Shown here piece after piece: positions 1-12,656 of a stretch of 64,000 bases of DNA (positions are counted from its first letter, which is position 1; each line of letters begins with the position of its first letter). The stretch is from Octopus bimaculoides (taxonomy: Eukaryota). The translations under genes were made by a program, and so were the position numbers. Where the stretch lies: positions 4,915,564 to 4,979,563 of the forward strand of contig NC_068987.1 in assembly GCF_001194135.2 (NCBI RefSeq), given 5' to 3'. The notes beneath the pieces were generated by a model. It saw only the letters and a list, made by a program, of their open reading frames with translations, did not search any database and was not told where the DNA came from.

Positions 1-2261
1 CACGTCGTACAAAATGCTTAGCAACATTTTGTCCGGCTTTACGTTTTGATTCAAATTCCGCCGAAGTCGACTTTGCCTTTCATCTTTTCGCAGTCGATAA
101 AATAAGTACCATTTTATTCTACAGTATAGTTATTATACTGTAAAGATAAGTAATGGTTCTAACATAGAATACTGTTGCTGAATAAAAGATAAATTGTAAC
201 TGTGTATACAAAGAAATGCTTGAAAAACGCCACATCTAAAGAGAAATAAATTTTACATATCTTTTTTAAATCATACTGTCGCCCTAATAAATCGAAAGTG
301 AAAGATAGAGAGACATTTTTATATTCTATATAAAAGCGAGTGTATGCGGTTAGCCCCGAAAGGCTCTGAAACCGTGCATCCTCGAGAAAAATGAATTTAA
401 TTTTCGAAATCTGCATCCCATAGGGAATGTTGTCCGTAAATAATAAGAAAAAATATAATTTGCTGCGAGAAATAACTTAATTTTTAGATTGACAACTTTC
501 CCACTCTCTATCACCGTCATTCTACCTCTCTCTATTATTTACCCCCCCCCCCTCTCTCTGTTTATATAAATTATCTCTCTCGCATTGCGTTCATTTTGTT
601 TAAAACTTCGTCTTCTAATTTTTACTTTCATTTTATGGCAGCTATCACGTACGAATCCGAATTTCTGATTGGATTAAAATAATAAAACATAAAATCTCTG
701 TAGCATTTTTCAAAAATTTATCTGGAATAAATTAATCACAAATTCTGATTCAGCGTCAAAAAGGACATCAATATACTAAATGTGAAAATTTTCATTTAAT
801 TTTAAAATTTCAAAAAATCTGTGGCAGCAACAAAAAAGATCTCCCTATTTGTTTATTGCTTTCATTTTTTTTTCTCATAGTAAACGTTTCAACTTTCTCT
901 ACATATATTTACTATTCTCTCTCTCTCTTTCTCTAAAAGCATGTAGCTCACGCTGAATATCTGTGTGTGTTTGTCAATATGTGTGTGCATATGTGTATAG
1001 AATTTCGTTATGGCGACAGTGATTTTAAAAAGATATGTAAAAGATAGTTTATTTTAATTGCATACTTTTCTGTAGTAAATATGTTTTTTTTTACACACAT
1101 AAAGGGACTCGCTTGATGTGGAGTGGGGGATTAAAAATTTAAGTTACAAATTTTTTGTTGTTGCTTAAATCCCATCAATGGACCACAACATCATCACTCC
1201 TTAAAATTTGCTTATGGGGTGGGGAAATATTTAAAAATAGCAATGCATGTGACAAAGAAATGAGGAAGGTACCACATGATCGTGATATGTGCAAGAAACA
1301 ACAGCTAAATTTCCCTTAAATCACACACCTATTTCGTCTGAAAATTATTTTGAACTTATAAAGAGAAAAAAAAATTGCAGATTCGGACTCTCCGTATTTT
1401 AAAACTATGATTTAAAAATTTCGAAAAAAAAAAAATTTTAGGATTTGGGGAGGGTAGTAATGATTTTTAAAAAAAATTTACCATTGTTTTTAAATTACTT
1501 TTTATTTTCTGTTTCAAAATAAAGTGGTGATTGTAATGATAATCACCGATTTCCAATTTTTTTTTTTTTTTAACCTTGAAGGTGCAAAAAAAAATTGACC
1601 AAAATCGCTACTGAGTTGGGGAAAAGGGTTTGAAAAAAATCATAGACTTTCAGGTTTTTTGGGGTTTTTTTTCTCAGTGCGTTGTACAAAAAAAATGGAC
1701 AAAATTAGTCTGGAATGTAGGGAAAGGGGAGATTTATAAATTTTTAAAAATTGTTTTTCATAAAAAGCTTCTCCCCATCATTTGTAAGGGTTTGGTCGGC
1801 GAGAAAGATTGTCGGGGGTTCGTGAGAGAGGTTGTCGGAGGTTGGCGAGAGGCAAAGACATTATTCTGCTTAGCGAAGGCTTCTGGGAAATATATAACTG
1901 CTGTCATTCACAGAAAAACTATTGTTTTACCATGAGAAAAGCGCTGTTGAAGTGTTAAGTGAAATTTGGCAATCGAGGATCGAATCCACGCTATGTCTGC
2001 ATGAAGCCACTACGAATACGTTGTGGAATTAAAAATTTATCAACTGTCATGGAAAAAGTGTAACTGTAAAAATGCAGAATTATCGGAGTCATGGGCATTC
2101 AAAAAAGTATGTATGGATGAAGTCTTTAAGGTTTAAGATTCAAATTAAGGAAGTGCAATAATAATGTTTAGTAGTTCAAAACTGTGAGTAGTGAAATGCA
2201 GAATTAGGTCGGCTGATCGTGAGAATCAAATATTGATCGCTTCGCTAAAATCTGCAGGTGG

Positions 2262-2667
2262 TATGGGTTATTTCCCTTGGGTTGTTGAAATAAAATATTA
2301 GTAATATGTAATAGATAGAAGGATCCATTGGAAGGGTCGTATAATCGATTTTTTTCAAGTAGGTCACGGGGTTTCCGGATATGAGTTCTACTTACGTGTC
2401 AAATAAAGTATAAAAGTGATATTGTCTGCAAAAATTAGAAATAGGACACACAAAGAAATCAATATTCAACGTAATCGAACATAAACAATGAAATGGGTTA
2501 TTTCTCTTGAGTGTTTAAAACATATTGTACAGATGCTATGGGTTATTTCCCTTGGGTGTTTTAAAAAATAGTTATATTAGGTAGATATAAAGGTCCCTTC
2601 CAGGGGCTGTATTATCAATTTTTTTCAACAATCTAAGTATGTCACAAGGTTTCCAGACATGAGTTCT
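2262..2667. repeat. Diverged direct duplication (about 130 bp units at 2262-2389 and 2537-2667, partial copy at about 2492)
   Basis: both units start tatgggttatttcccttgggt and end gtttcc-ga-atgagttct. Confidence 0.75.
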
Positions 2668-3113
2668 GGATTGCACTGGTAATGTACGAATCAACCGGTC
2701 GATTTCTCTTTCTGAAAATCCCAGTTTATCCAGATTCTCCTTTAAGCATTTACTAACAAAACCCAGTGTTCCAATTATTATTGGTATGAATATGAATTCA
2801 TGATCTGGATATAGAAGCTGGAGGTTTCAAATCAGTTGTCCATAGATATTCTTTTTCTTTGATTTTCAAAGCGATATTTATATCTGCAGGTCAACTAACC
2901 TCTATGATGGTACATACCTTTGCCTCTCTGTCCCAAACAACGATATCCGGCCTGTTATGTTTACATTTGACAGAAGTTTTGATGGGAATATTCCACCAGT
3001 ATTCCTTGAATTGGTGTTTATGAATGTATTCTATAACAGAGGGATTTTCTAAGTTTATTTCAGGACAGTCTTTTTTGCGGATGGCATTGTAAACTGTTTT
3101 AGCAACAACATCG

Positions 3114-3115
<2 letters not shown>
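2668..3115 (-). mobile_element. Degenerate RLE-type non-LTR retrotransposon 3' fragment (R2 group; R4/Dong- or NeSL-like)
   Basis: DVVAKTVYNAI...HNRPDIVVWDREAKVCTIIEVS*PADINI...PIIIGTLGFVSKCLKENLDKLGF: PD-(D/E)xK restriction-like endonuclease motif with stops and a frameshift. Confidence 0.85.
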
Positions 3116-3148
<33 letters not shown>

Positions 3149-5810
3149 CTTTTTGCCCTCATGAGTATATTTCAATGAGTTTGTTGAGTAAAGCACGTTC
3201 ACATTTTGGGCTACCTGGTGTCATCCACGGTTGGGATATATTTACTCTGGATCTACGCCAAGCCAGGAATTCCGAAGAGTTAGTTGAGATAATAACAACA
3301 ATAACAACAACAACAACAACAATAATAATAATAATAAAATAATAAAGACTAGTGTTAAAACTGTCTTCCGGTTCCTTCATTGGTTTTACATATATGATGT
3401 ATTGTTCCGTTATTGGTGAGATTAACAAAAAAAAAAAGAAAAGAAAAAGTAGTCCATCCATTGATTGATATGGGATTTAAATTCGAGTTACTATTAATTC
3501 TATACTCCTGAAAATACAATGGTCGGACAAGCTTGTATAGCATGCCGGGTATATTCTATATAACAAATTGCTTCTTTGTTTTTCTTCTTCTTCTTGGTTT
3601 AGCAAGGTATTACATATTCTAAACTTAAACACGGTGAAAATAAAGGCATTAAATAAATATAAAAAAATAACATTTTCTTATACCCTAACTACATTTTAGA
3701 AATAAATAAACGTTTAATGAAAGAAGAAAGTGGGAAAGGAAATCCAGTTATTCTGAATGGAATCGTTAATGATTACAGGTCGCAATTGATGATAGACACT
3801 TGGTATTGATTAGGTGTCCTCAGCTAGAATGTTAATTTGTCACAGACATTTAAGACGATGGAAAGGTGAAGGTGAATATATCATGTCGCATTGGTTACTT
3901 CATTTAAAGCCGCACCGGCGTATTTTATTATACAAAAATAAAAATAAAAATGTGTAGAGATGTATGTGATATTTTGTGTGTGTTATGGGCTTTCTGCACT
4001 TTTTTTTACATGCACGCATACATAGCTATACATATATATTTATTTATATAGATAATCATAGACATTAAATATGTCAGTATATTCAATATGTATATATAAT
4101 ACAAATAATAAATGGGTATATGCATGTATACGTACATGTATGTACATACCTGCATCTACATGTATACATAGATGCATATCTGGGTATATATATATATATA
4201 TAAATATATATATANNNNNNNNNNTATACACTACACACACATATGTATGCATATTCACATATATTTATATATATATATACATATACATGTGTATATTATA
4301 CACATATATGTAACAATACATGTATATGTATGTATACGTGTGTGCGCGCGTGCATGTATGTATACGTGTGTGCATGTATGTATGTATGTGTGCGCGCGTG
4401 CATGTGTGTATGTGAGGGAGTTACTTAGCCGTCATTCACAACCGAATGCGACTCCGTAGCTGGTGCGTGTATTCTCTGATTGTTTTAGTTGTCTGACGCA
4501 GTCGCGAGCAAGACACACATACCTACCCAGACATTCACCCTTGACCCTCCAGGATATTCCAGCATGTGACATCTGGAGGAGAGAGAGAGAGAGAGAGAGA
4601 ACTGAATCAGCACCCAGCTGATATTCACTAGAGCTGAATGGATGAGAGCACTGTGTAATAAGGCGTAACGTTGCGATCATGAGCTTAAATACCCTCCGCA
4701 CACCCCGTCGCCGCAAGACCACGCGCCTTCACATGTGTGCGTATGTGTATGCATACATACATACACACATATAAACATGTATATTNNNNNNNNNNNNNNN
4801 NNNNNNNNNNNNNNNNNNNNNNNNNNNNNNNNNNNNNNNNNNNNNNNNNNNNNNNNNNNNNNNNNNNNNNNNNNNNNNNNNNNNNNNNNNNNNNNNNNNN
4901 NNNNNNNNNNNNNNNNNNNNNNNNNNNNNNNNNNNNNNNNNNNNNNNNNNNNNNNNNNNNNNNNNNNNNNNNNNNNNNNNNNNNNNNNNNNNNNNNNNNN
5001 NNNNNNNNNNNNNNNNNNNNNNNNNNNNNNNNNNNNNNNNNNNNNNNNNNNNNNNNNNNNNNNNNNNNNNNNNNNNNNNNNNNNNNNNNNNNNNNNNNNN
5101 NNNNNNNNNNNNNNNNNNNNNNNNNNNNNNNNNNNNNNNNNNNNNNNNNNNNNNNNNNNNNNNNNNATATATATATATTAGATATGTAGACAGAATTAGA
5201 TAGATAATTATGTCAACACACACACACACAAAGTAAATAACTGTATATATGAGATATACATAGAAACATACATAGGTATGTATGTTTGCATGTGCGCGTA
5301 TGTACGTATTTAAAACACGCATCATAAATGTCCATGCAGTCAAACGTATGTGCATTAGCAACATTCACAGAGACAGAGAGAGAGAGAAGGAGAGATGGAG
5401 CGAGAGGAGGAGGCAGTGATGGGGAGGGAGAGAATTAGAGGGAGGGATAAGAGTTAGACAGAGGAGATAAAAGAGAGAGAAAAGGAGAGAGTAAGAAACT
5501 ATTAGAGAGGGGATGAGGGGGAACAGCGAGAAATGAGAGAGAGGACAACAAAGAGGAATAATAACTTCCTTCGTTTATAAACAATAATAATAATTGACCA
5601 TAAAACTTAGAATTTTGCAATGTTATATTTGTAAGGCTTTTAATTAAAGTTTCTTAATAAATATGCGAAATTTACGAAGAAAGGTAGACGGAATCTGTAA
5701 AGTTTAACCATATTTTCGTACAAGAGCAGCCTTTCTCTGTGAAGACTCTTTGATCAATACGGATCTTTGACTGATATTGTCGTTGGAATGAACTATTGTC
5801 GGAAGAAGTC

Positions 5811-5855
5811 ATGGCCGAGGATTACCCAGAATTGGCTGCTAACCTGCGCCTGGAG
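5811..5855 (+). CDS. CCDC91: CCDC91 exon 1 (MAEDYPELAANLRLE)
   Basis: ATG in strong context (gtcATGg), 45 nt, donor GAG|GTAAGT, phase 0 matches exon 2; CpG-richer than flanks. Confidence 0.7.
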
Positions 5856-6369
5856 GTAAGTATTCGAGTCTTGAAGTGTTAAATATAATTTTGAGTGTAT
5901 CTCACCAATATTCTTCCTTCAGTTGAAGAACCCTCGTCATAGGCATGAAAAAAAAAAGGAGGAAAAGAATTATCATGTAAAAGACAAGAACCTGACTTGT
6001 TCTCACCTACCAATTTATTCATTTCGACTTACTAGAGATTCTTCGATCAGATTCTTTCGTTTTAATGTATATAGAGCGCATTTCATTATTTTAAATTCGC
6101 TAATATTTTAGAATTTACGCTCGTTTCCAATTAACACGCACACATATATCTTTGTATACACAAACAAGATCAGGTGTATACTGTTGTGCGTTAACAATAC
6201 TGCCTGCCTACATAAATACGTTGTGAATATAGTATATATGTATGGAGATATCTATCTATCTATCGATCGATCGATCTACTCACGCACAAAGCAAACAGTA
6301 TTGTATGCGTATATATAAGTGTATGTGTGTACATTAACAGTATATGTTTATATAATGTATTTGTGTGTG

Positions 6370-6403
<34 letters not shown>

Positions 6404-6792
6404 GGGTAAATTTTTACATTTTACCAATATGTATGTGTGCGCACACGGCTATATATAGAGAGAGAGAAAGAGAGAGAGATGTATTTTTGTGAGTATAATA
6501 TATTTATGTTTGAATATTTGTGGGTGTATGTGTAATATATATCTATATATGTAGTTGTATATTTATACATGTAATATAAATATATATATATGTGTATGCA
6601 TATATATAGAGAGAGGTGTATGTATATATAGGTATATATATGTGTGTATATATAGATATGTGTGTGTGTATAGATGTGTGCGTGTGTATATANNNNNNNN
6701 NNNNNNNNNNNNNNNNNNNNNNNNNNNNNNNNNNNNNNNNNNNNNNNNNNNNNNNNNNNNNNNNNNNNNNNNNNNNNNNNNNNNNNNNNNNN

Positions 6793-6825
<33 letters not shown>

Positions 6826-6891
6826 CTCTGTATGTCTATAGTTATCTAATGCAGTTGCTTTTAAGCTTTTTTTTATTTTTGCATGTATATT

Positions 6892-7108
6892 TGGTTTCAA
6901 ATTTTGGCACAAGGCCAGCAATTTCAAGGGAGGGGGCTAGTCGATTACATCGACCCCGGTGTGTAACTGGTACTTATTTTATCGACTCTTGAAAAGTTGA
7001 AAGGCAAAGTCAACCTCAGCAGAATTTGAACTCAGAACGTGAAGATAGATGAAATGCCACTAAGCACTTTACCCACTGTGCCGATGATTCCATCAGCTCG
7101 CCACCTTA
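6892..7108 (-). mobile_element. Family-1 SINE (antisense copy)
   Basis: reverse complement of the 25208 copy. Confidence 0.8.
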
Positions 7109-7121
7109 ACACACGCATGTA

Positions 7122-7335
7122 TTAATCCTTTAGCATTTACACTGGCCATAACCAGCCAAAATATTCTGCCAGTTTTATCTTGCGACTGGCCAGATCTTGC
7201 CTTTCACACTTACCCTACAATATTATTCTAAAAATAAACACATCATTTGAAGCTACAGGGTTAAAACCTGACTATTTCAAACGTGAATAAAAAAGCATTA
7301 CATTTGACAGAGAAATCTGAATGCTAATGGGTCAA
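7122..7335 (+). mobile_element. piggyBac-type MITE A
   Basis: TTAA-(t)CCTTTAGCATT...AATGCTAATGGG-TCAA; TTAA target and CCC/GGG ends. Confidence 0.7.
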
Positions 7336-8074
7336 TGTGTATAATTTTATATGCATTTATATTTGTGAAAGTGTGTATATAAACAGATGTGGATGTAGGT
7401 TTGTGTGTGCACAAGTGCATTTAATGATATGCATTTACTTATATGTGCAGTATGGGTGAGTAAATGCATTCAAATATGCACCTGTGTGTGCATGTGGTTA
7501 TGAATGTACAGGCATATTCATATTCTCTATATGGCTGTATTTACTAACATAAAAGTGTGGGGGTTTTTTCCATCTACATATGTATATAAAGTAAGACTTG
7601 TATATATGTATTGTATATATGTATTGTATATATGTATATAGGTATANNNNNNNNNNNNNNNNNNNNNNNNNNNNNNNNNNNNNNNNNNNNNNNNNNNNNN
7701 NNNNNNNNNNNNNNNNNNNNNNNNNNNNNNNNNNNNNNNNNNNNNNNNNNNNNNNNNNNNNNNNNNNNNNNNNNNNNNNNNNNNNNNNNNNNNNNNNNNN
7801 NNNNNNNNNNNNNNNNNNNNNNNNNNNNNNNNNNNNNNNNNNNNNNNNNNNNNNNNNNNNNNNNNNNNNNNNNNNNNNNNNNNNNNNNNNNNNNNNNNNN
7901 NNNNNNNNNNNNNNNNNNNNNNNNNNNNNNNNNNNNNNNNNNNNNNNNNNNNNNNNNNNNNNNNNNNNNNNNNNNNNNNNNNGTACACCATTTCCACTTG
8001 TCTCCTTCTTCTGTGAAGATTGTACAAATTCACCATTCTTTACCTCCCGTCCAGGATGTTAATGCTGAAACAGG

Positions 8075-8225
8075 GTATGGTTAAGAAGCTTATTTCCTAG
8101 CCATGAGGTCTTGGGTTCAATCCCACAGCTTGGCACCTCGAGCAAGTGCCTTTAACTAATAACCCTGGGCCAACCAAAGTCTTGTGAGTGGATTTGGTCA
8201 ATAGAAACTAAAAGGAACCTGTCAT
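8075..8225 (+). mobile_element. Family-4 tRNA-headed SINE (CORE-like GGCAAGTG segment, CA/TG tail)
   Basis: gtatggttaag...gggttcaatccca...gagcaagtg...ccaaagtcttgtgagtggatttgg; copies at about 38640 (+) and 12905, 17700, 36230, 37960 (-). Confidence 0.7.
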
Positions 8226-8369
8226 GTGTGTATGTGTGCATGTATATATATTTGTGTATGTAATGTATGTATGTATGTGTGTGTGTGTGTATGTTTTCAA
8301 TGTGTACAAATAACATGGAAAAAATAAATAAATAGTTACCTGGGTAGCAAAAAATTCACATGAGTACCA

Positions 8370-8960
8370 AGGATGTTACAGCCTACTTATAAAGGTAGAA
8401 ATTCCAGGGTTTAGTGAAATGTTTTTGTATAACATGGATAAATTAAGAAATGGAGTTAAATGCTGGTGTGATTCAAATCTTTATACATCCAACATATGTT
8501 TCGAAGAAAACATTGGTATTATTTTAGAGGGAATAAAATGCAGGAGAGGTTCAGGGCAGGATGAAAGAGAGGAAGGAGTCGAGACGTTCGCAGGGGAGTA
8601 AGGTCCTGCTGATACGGTCGTATTGGTATAATGATTGTATAGCTCAGGAGTGGGACCAGTGAACTGGGAGAATATTTGATGAACAGGTTTGCATGTTGGG
8701 GCCTATTCTCATTCCCATGGCAACTCCCTAAGACCTGGTGGTAAAATTTTCATGCAAACAAGAAGCAATTTAAACCAACCAGAGGATGGTAAAGGTGTCA
8801 GGCTGAAGATCAGATCAAGGGAGTATTTTAATGTGAGGAGGCCTTTATTGTGAGCGATAACAATGCTTAAGGATTTTATGTCGAGGGTGAATAGGAGTCT
8901 GGAAGGGCTGGGAGGAAAGGGGAAAGAATTTAACAAAGAGCATGATTGGTGTTGTGAATG
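8370..8960 (-). mobile_element. Possible highly decayed CR1/L2-type LINE fragment
   Basis: non-repetitive, more GC-balanced block; weak APE-like residues (NRPQHANLFIK). Confidence 0.3.
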
Positions 8961-9424
8961 TGCGATGGGAGGGAAGCGACTGTGTGATGGGGGTGTGAGG
9001 ACAAGATTGAAGTGTTTTAAGATGAGTACATTGGGGCAACTGCAGGCAGAGTTGTGTGTGTGCTTGTGTACTCATGTCTAGACATCACATGATGGTTGTA
9101 AATGAGCATCATCATCATCATCATCATACAAGCAAGGTCATTTGTTTTCAGTCTTCCGTGAAAAACATGTCTATGGGAAAATTTTACCTTCCCTGGAAAC
9201 AGGTAAGGGTTGGCAACAAGAAGGGCATTCAGTTGTAGAAAATCTACCTCCACAAATTCTGCCTGACCCATGCAATCAAGGAAATGCAGATGTTAATATA
9301 ACAGTGATGTGTATATTTGTGTGCACGCATGTGCAACTGTATATAAAGATATGTGTGTTTAAACAAAATATAAATTTTTTTGTCAATCTGAAGTTAATCC
9401 TGACAAAACGATTTTCTTTTCCAG

Positions 9425-9490
9425 AACCAAAGGTTAGATGGTCCTGGCCTTGAATCTGATGATGAATTTGGTGAATTTGGTGGATTTCAG
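9425..9490 (+). CDS. CCDC91: CCDC91 exon 2 (NQRLDGPGLESDDEFGEFGGFQ), acidic-Phe gamma-ear-binding motif
   Basis: ttttcttttccag acceptor, CAG|GTAGTT donor, phase 0/0; DDEFGEFGGFQ|AAE resembles human p56 N-terminus DDDDFGGFEAAE (from memory). Confidence 0.9.
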
Positions 9491-9925
9491 GTAGTTAGTT
9501 AAGCTGTTATTTATTCTTGTTGCTTATTTTCCTTCTTTCGTTCTCATAATTATCTTTTAAAGTTGATAACTTATCTATTACTGCAATACAAACTCTTCTT
9601 ATAGAATATATAAAGGTGTGAATCAATTAGTTCTTTATCCTATTAACTTTTTCTTTCATTTGCAACATTCAATATATTCAGGACTCCTGTAGATCTACAC
9701 CTGCTTGTTCTTATTTTGAATTCATTTCTGATTGAATTTGATCAGAAATTTGACCCCAAGAGATAAGTGTGTTGAGATGGACACTTTCTAGCTATTGTTT
9801 CAAGCAACATGACAGGGTCAGAGAATCATACAATATCTTGAGCGTTTGGAACACAGAACCCAGAATGGCTACAGTATTTACATTCCAACATTGTGTCCTT
9901 TTTTTTTATTTTTATTTATATATCC

Positions 9926-10085
9926 TCACTCTCGGAGTGGTTGGCGTTAGGAAGGGCATCCAGCTGTAGAAACTCCGCCAGATCAGATTGGAGCCTGGTG
10001 CAGCCATCTGGTTCGCCAGTCCTCAGTCAAATCGTCCAACCCATGCTAGCATGGAAAGCGGACGTTAAACGATGATGATGATGAT
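9926..10085 (+). mobile_element. Family-3 retroposon 3' end with (GAT)n tail
   Basis: ggcgttaggaagggcatccagctgtagaaac...catgctagcatggaaagcggacgttaaacgatgatgat; near-identical copies at 12280-12415 (+) and 39185-39287 (-); older copies at about 14420, 16395, 16850, 36570, 38420, 44650, 51550. Confidence 0.85.
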
Positions 10086-10911
10086 ATTGGTTGCAGACCA
10101 ATAATCAAAAGTATTCCAATCCTGATTATTTTGTCTTTATATATGCACTCTATGCAGTTCAATAGACCCATACTGTGTGTATATAGAGAGCTCTGTCTAA
10201 TGTGTCCTTTTTTTTTTCATACTAACACAGCAGGGTGTGAACTGAGGAATGTTTGTCTGCTATTTCTAGCAAGTCAAGCTTGCTACAAAGGTTTCCCCTC
10301 ATTGGCTCCTCATCTTTTTAGTGATATTCTCTTCAAGAAAGTATTGCATTCATTTTATTCCGGAAAAAAATCTACATTTGTTACTAAATGCTTGATTAGT
10401 TTCTGTGAAAAGCTTTTGGTGAGTTTACAAATGTATGTGAGAAATAGGCTCCTAAAAGGCTTCATGGGGTCATTTATTGTCTTAGAAAGGCTGTGTATTT
10501 CATTAATTTAGATTTAAGTCTAAGGCGGCAGCACTACCAAAATTGTTAGCACAGCAGGCAAAATGCTTAGCAGCATTTCATTTGTCTTTGTTCTAAGTTC
10601 AAATGACACCAGGATTGACTTTGTTTTTCATCCTTTTGGGGTCGATAAAATAAGTACCAGTTGAGCACTGGAGTCAATGTAATCAACCTAGTCTCTCCCT
10701 TGAAATTGCTGGCTTTGTGCCAAAATTTTGAAACCAATTTAAATTTAACTCAATCAATACATACTACTACATTCCTTATTTTAACTAATTGATTTCTCTT
10801 TTTGTATGAAATAACCCCTTTTATCTGGTTTCAGATCAAAGCAAAGAAATTTCCAGGTTTTGGTTATTGTTTAATGTTGTTACGGCTTAGCATCAGTGTC
10901 ATTATTTAACA

Positions 10912-10967
10912 CTAACTGGCCCCGTGCTGTCAAAAGTGATGGCTAATTGTAGTATTTTATATATAGA
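10912..10967 (-). mobile_element. Possible 56 bp mini-Helitron
   Basis: A|TCTATATATAAAA...GCACGGGGCCAGTTAG|T: TC start, CTAG-like end, inserted between A and T. Confidence 0.4.
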
Positions 10968-11585
10968 TAAGGTACATAATAATCACATACTTCCCTTGTA
11001 CATGCACACATACTCACACACAGTTGAAATGCTGTTTGATTTTTCTTTTCAACACTGAACGTTCACCATCCCACTTCCATTTCACACACACAAACATTCA
11101 CATACCTCCCTTTTACATACACACACACACATATACTCACACAGATGAAATGTTGATTTTTTTCACCCCTTCCTTCGTTATTCATCTATCACCCCTTCCT
11201 TTCTCATTCATATGTTGTGATGGAGAAAAGCAGAAGATACATGACACGCTCTTTGCCACTTCCTTTCTCTCATTGCTATTACTTTCTTTCACTCTCTCTC
11301 TCTCTCTATCAGGGCTATTACTCTCACTACATTTACTTCACTGAATTACTATTTTCTCTCTTCTCCCTTCACTTATACTACTCTTTCTCCTACTCCGTGA
11401 TTTTGAACTAATATATATATATGTATATATATATACACACACACACATATACACACAAATATATAAAAACACTACGCTCATTATTATATTAGGAGATTAT
11501 AGTGTTCAATATTACAGTGTTGTTACTGATGAGTCGAGTGTTGATATGATAACTTTAACATTGTTATGATTCCATTGTGTTTCAG

Positions 11586-11673
11586 GCAGCTGAACCAGTT
11601 CCACCTCATGAGCCCCAAGGTATAGCTGCTGGACCAAATGCTGGGAATTTGCCTTGGATGATGTTTCCTCCAG
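11586..11673 (+). CDS. CCDC91: CCDC91 exon 3 (AAEPVPPHEPQ...WMMFPP)
   Basis: tttcag acceptor, CAG|GTAGTT donor, phase 0/1 consistent with neighbours. Confidence 0.88.
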
Positions 11674-12480
11674 GTAGTTACAGACATTATTCTGCATCTT
11701 GTCTAACTCTCTCCATCCCACCATCTCTCTCCATAACCACCTCTCCGTCCCCCTCTTTGCCTTCTCTCCCCTCTCTTTCTCCCTCCCTCCCCCTCTCTCT
11801 CTTCCACCCCTCTCGCCTCTCACATGGTAGTTTTGGAAACAAGACATTTGTACTACAGAGCCAGAGGTGGTTTTCAGCCAGGTTGGTATCAAAAGGGTTA
11901 AGAATTGTTTCTCTATTATATATTTTAACTGTTTTGTTACCATATTTCTGTTGAGATGCTCCTATGTTTCTTTCAATTAATTTTAAAATATAACAAAGAA
12001 TTTAGTAAAAAATCTTATAGGGAACCCCCATGTGTCATATGGACTCTGGATGAGAACCACTGCCTTTAATCATGCCCTATTGTGTTTAAAAATATATATC
12101 TATGACTACTTTGGGTGATGAGGTATTAGATACATAATGCCTAAATAAGGATGGGCTTTGTTGGTCATTATTTGAACATTTTTCATCATGGGTCTATTCG
12201 ATCGAGATATCCTGGAGCCCAACAACAACAACAACAACCCGTTCATTGTTGGGAAGATGTGAAATTATTATTGCTGCAATAGGGCATCCAGCTGTAGAAA
12301 CTCTGCCAAATCAGACTGGAGCCTGGTGTTGCCATCCGGTTTCACCAGTCCTCAGTCAAATCGTCCAACCCATGCTAGCATGGAAAGCGGACGTTAAACG
12401 ATGATGATGATGATGAACTTGTCTCGCATTCTCAATCGTCTTATCGCTGTCAGTAATAATGTTTTTGATTTCCATTCTAG

Positions 12481-12656
12481 ATTTGCAGCAAAGACCAGTC
12501 CATTCTCAGCCTGACCTGCTGTGTGCCCAGAACACATTTCCCAGGCATCTTGATTCACCACCATCTGTCCATGACCGAATGGCACCAGATAGTGTTGTGA
12601 CTGGAGCAGCCGTCGTCAGTCAGTTTGATGCCAATCTCTTGCCAGACATTGGACAG
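12481..12656 (+). CDS. CCDC91: CCDC91 exon 4 (DLQQRPVHSQ...LLPDIGQ)
   Basis: ttccattctag acceptor, CAG|GTCAGT donor, phase 1/0. Confidence 0.85.

Noticed and set aside
325-1140. Helitron-like 5' end TCTATATAAAAG
   Set aside because: No matching hairpin-CTAG 3' end found; boundaries undefined.
4600-4685. Possible C/D box snoRNA on - strand (ATGATCG...CTGA)
   Set aside because: C box non-canonical, no terminal stem, not in a confirmed intron.
7983-8074. Exon-like segment after a gap (ccgtccag|GATGTTAATGCTGAAACAGG|gtatgg)
   Set aside because: 20 nt would break the phase between exons 1 and 2, and the apparent donor is the start of a SINE head.
10836-10857. Small AG...GT segment (ATCAAAGCAAAGAAATTTCCAG)
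   Set aside because: 22 nt frameshifting with a weak donor (GTTTGG); no homology support.
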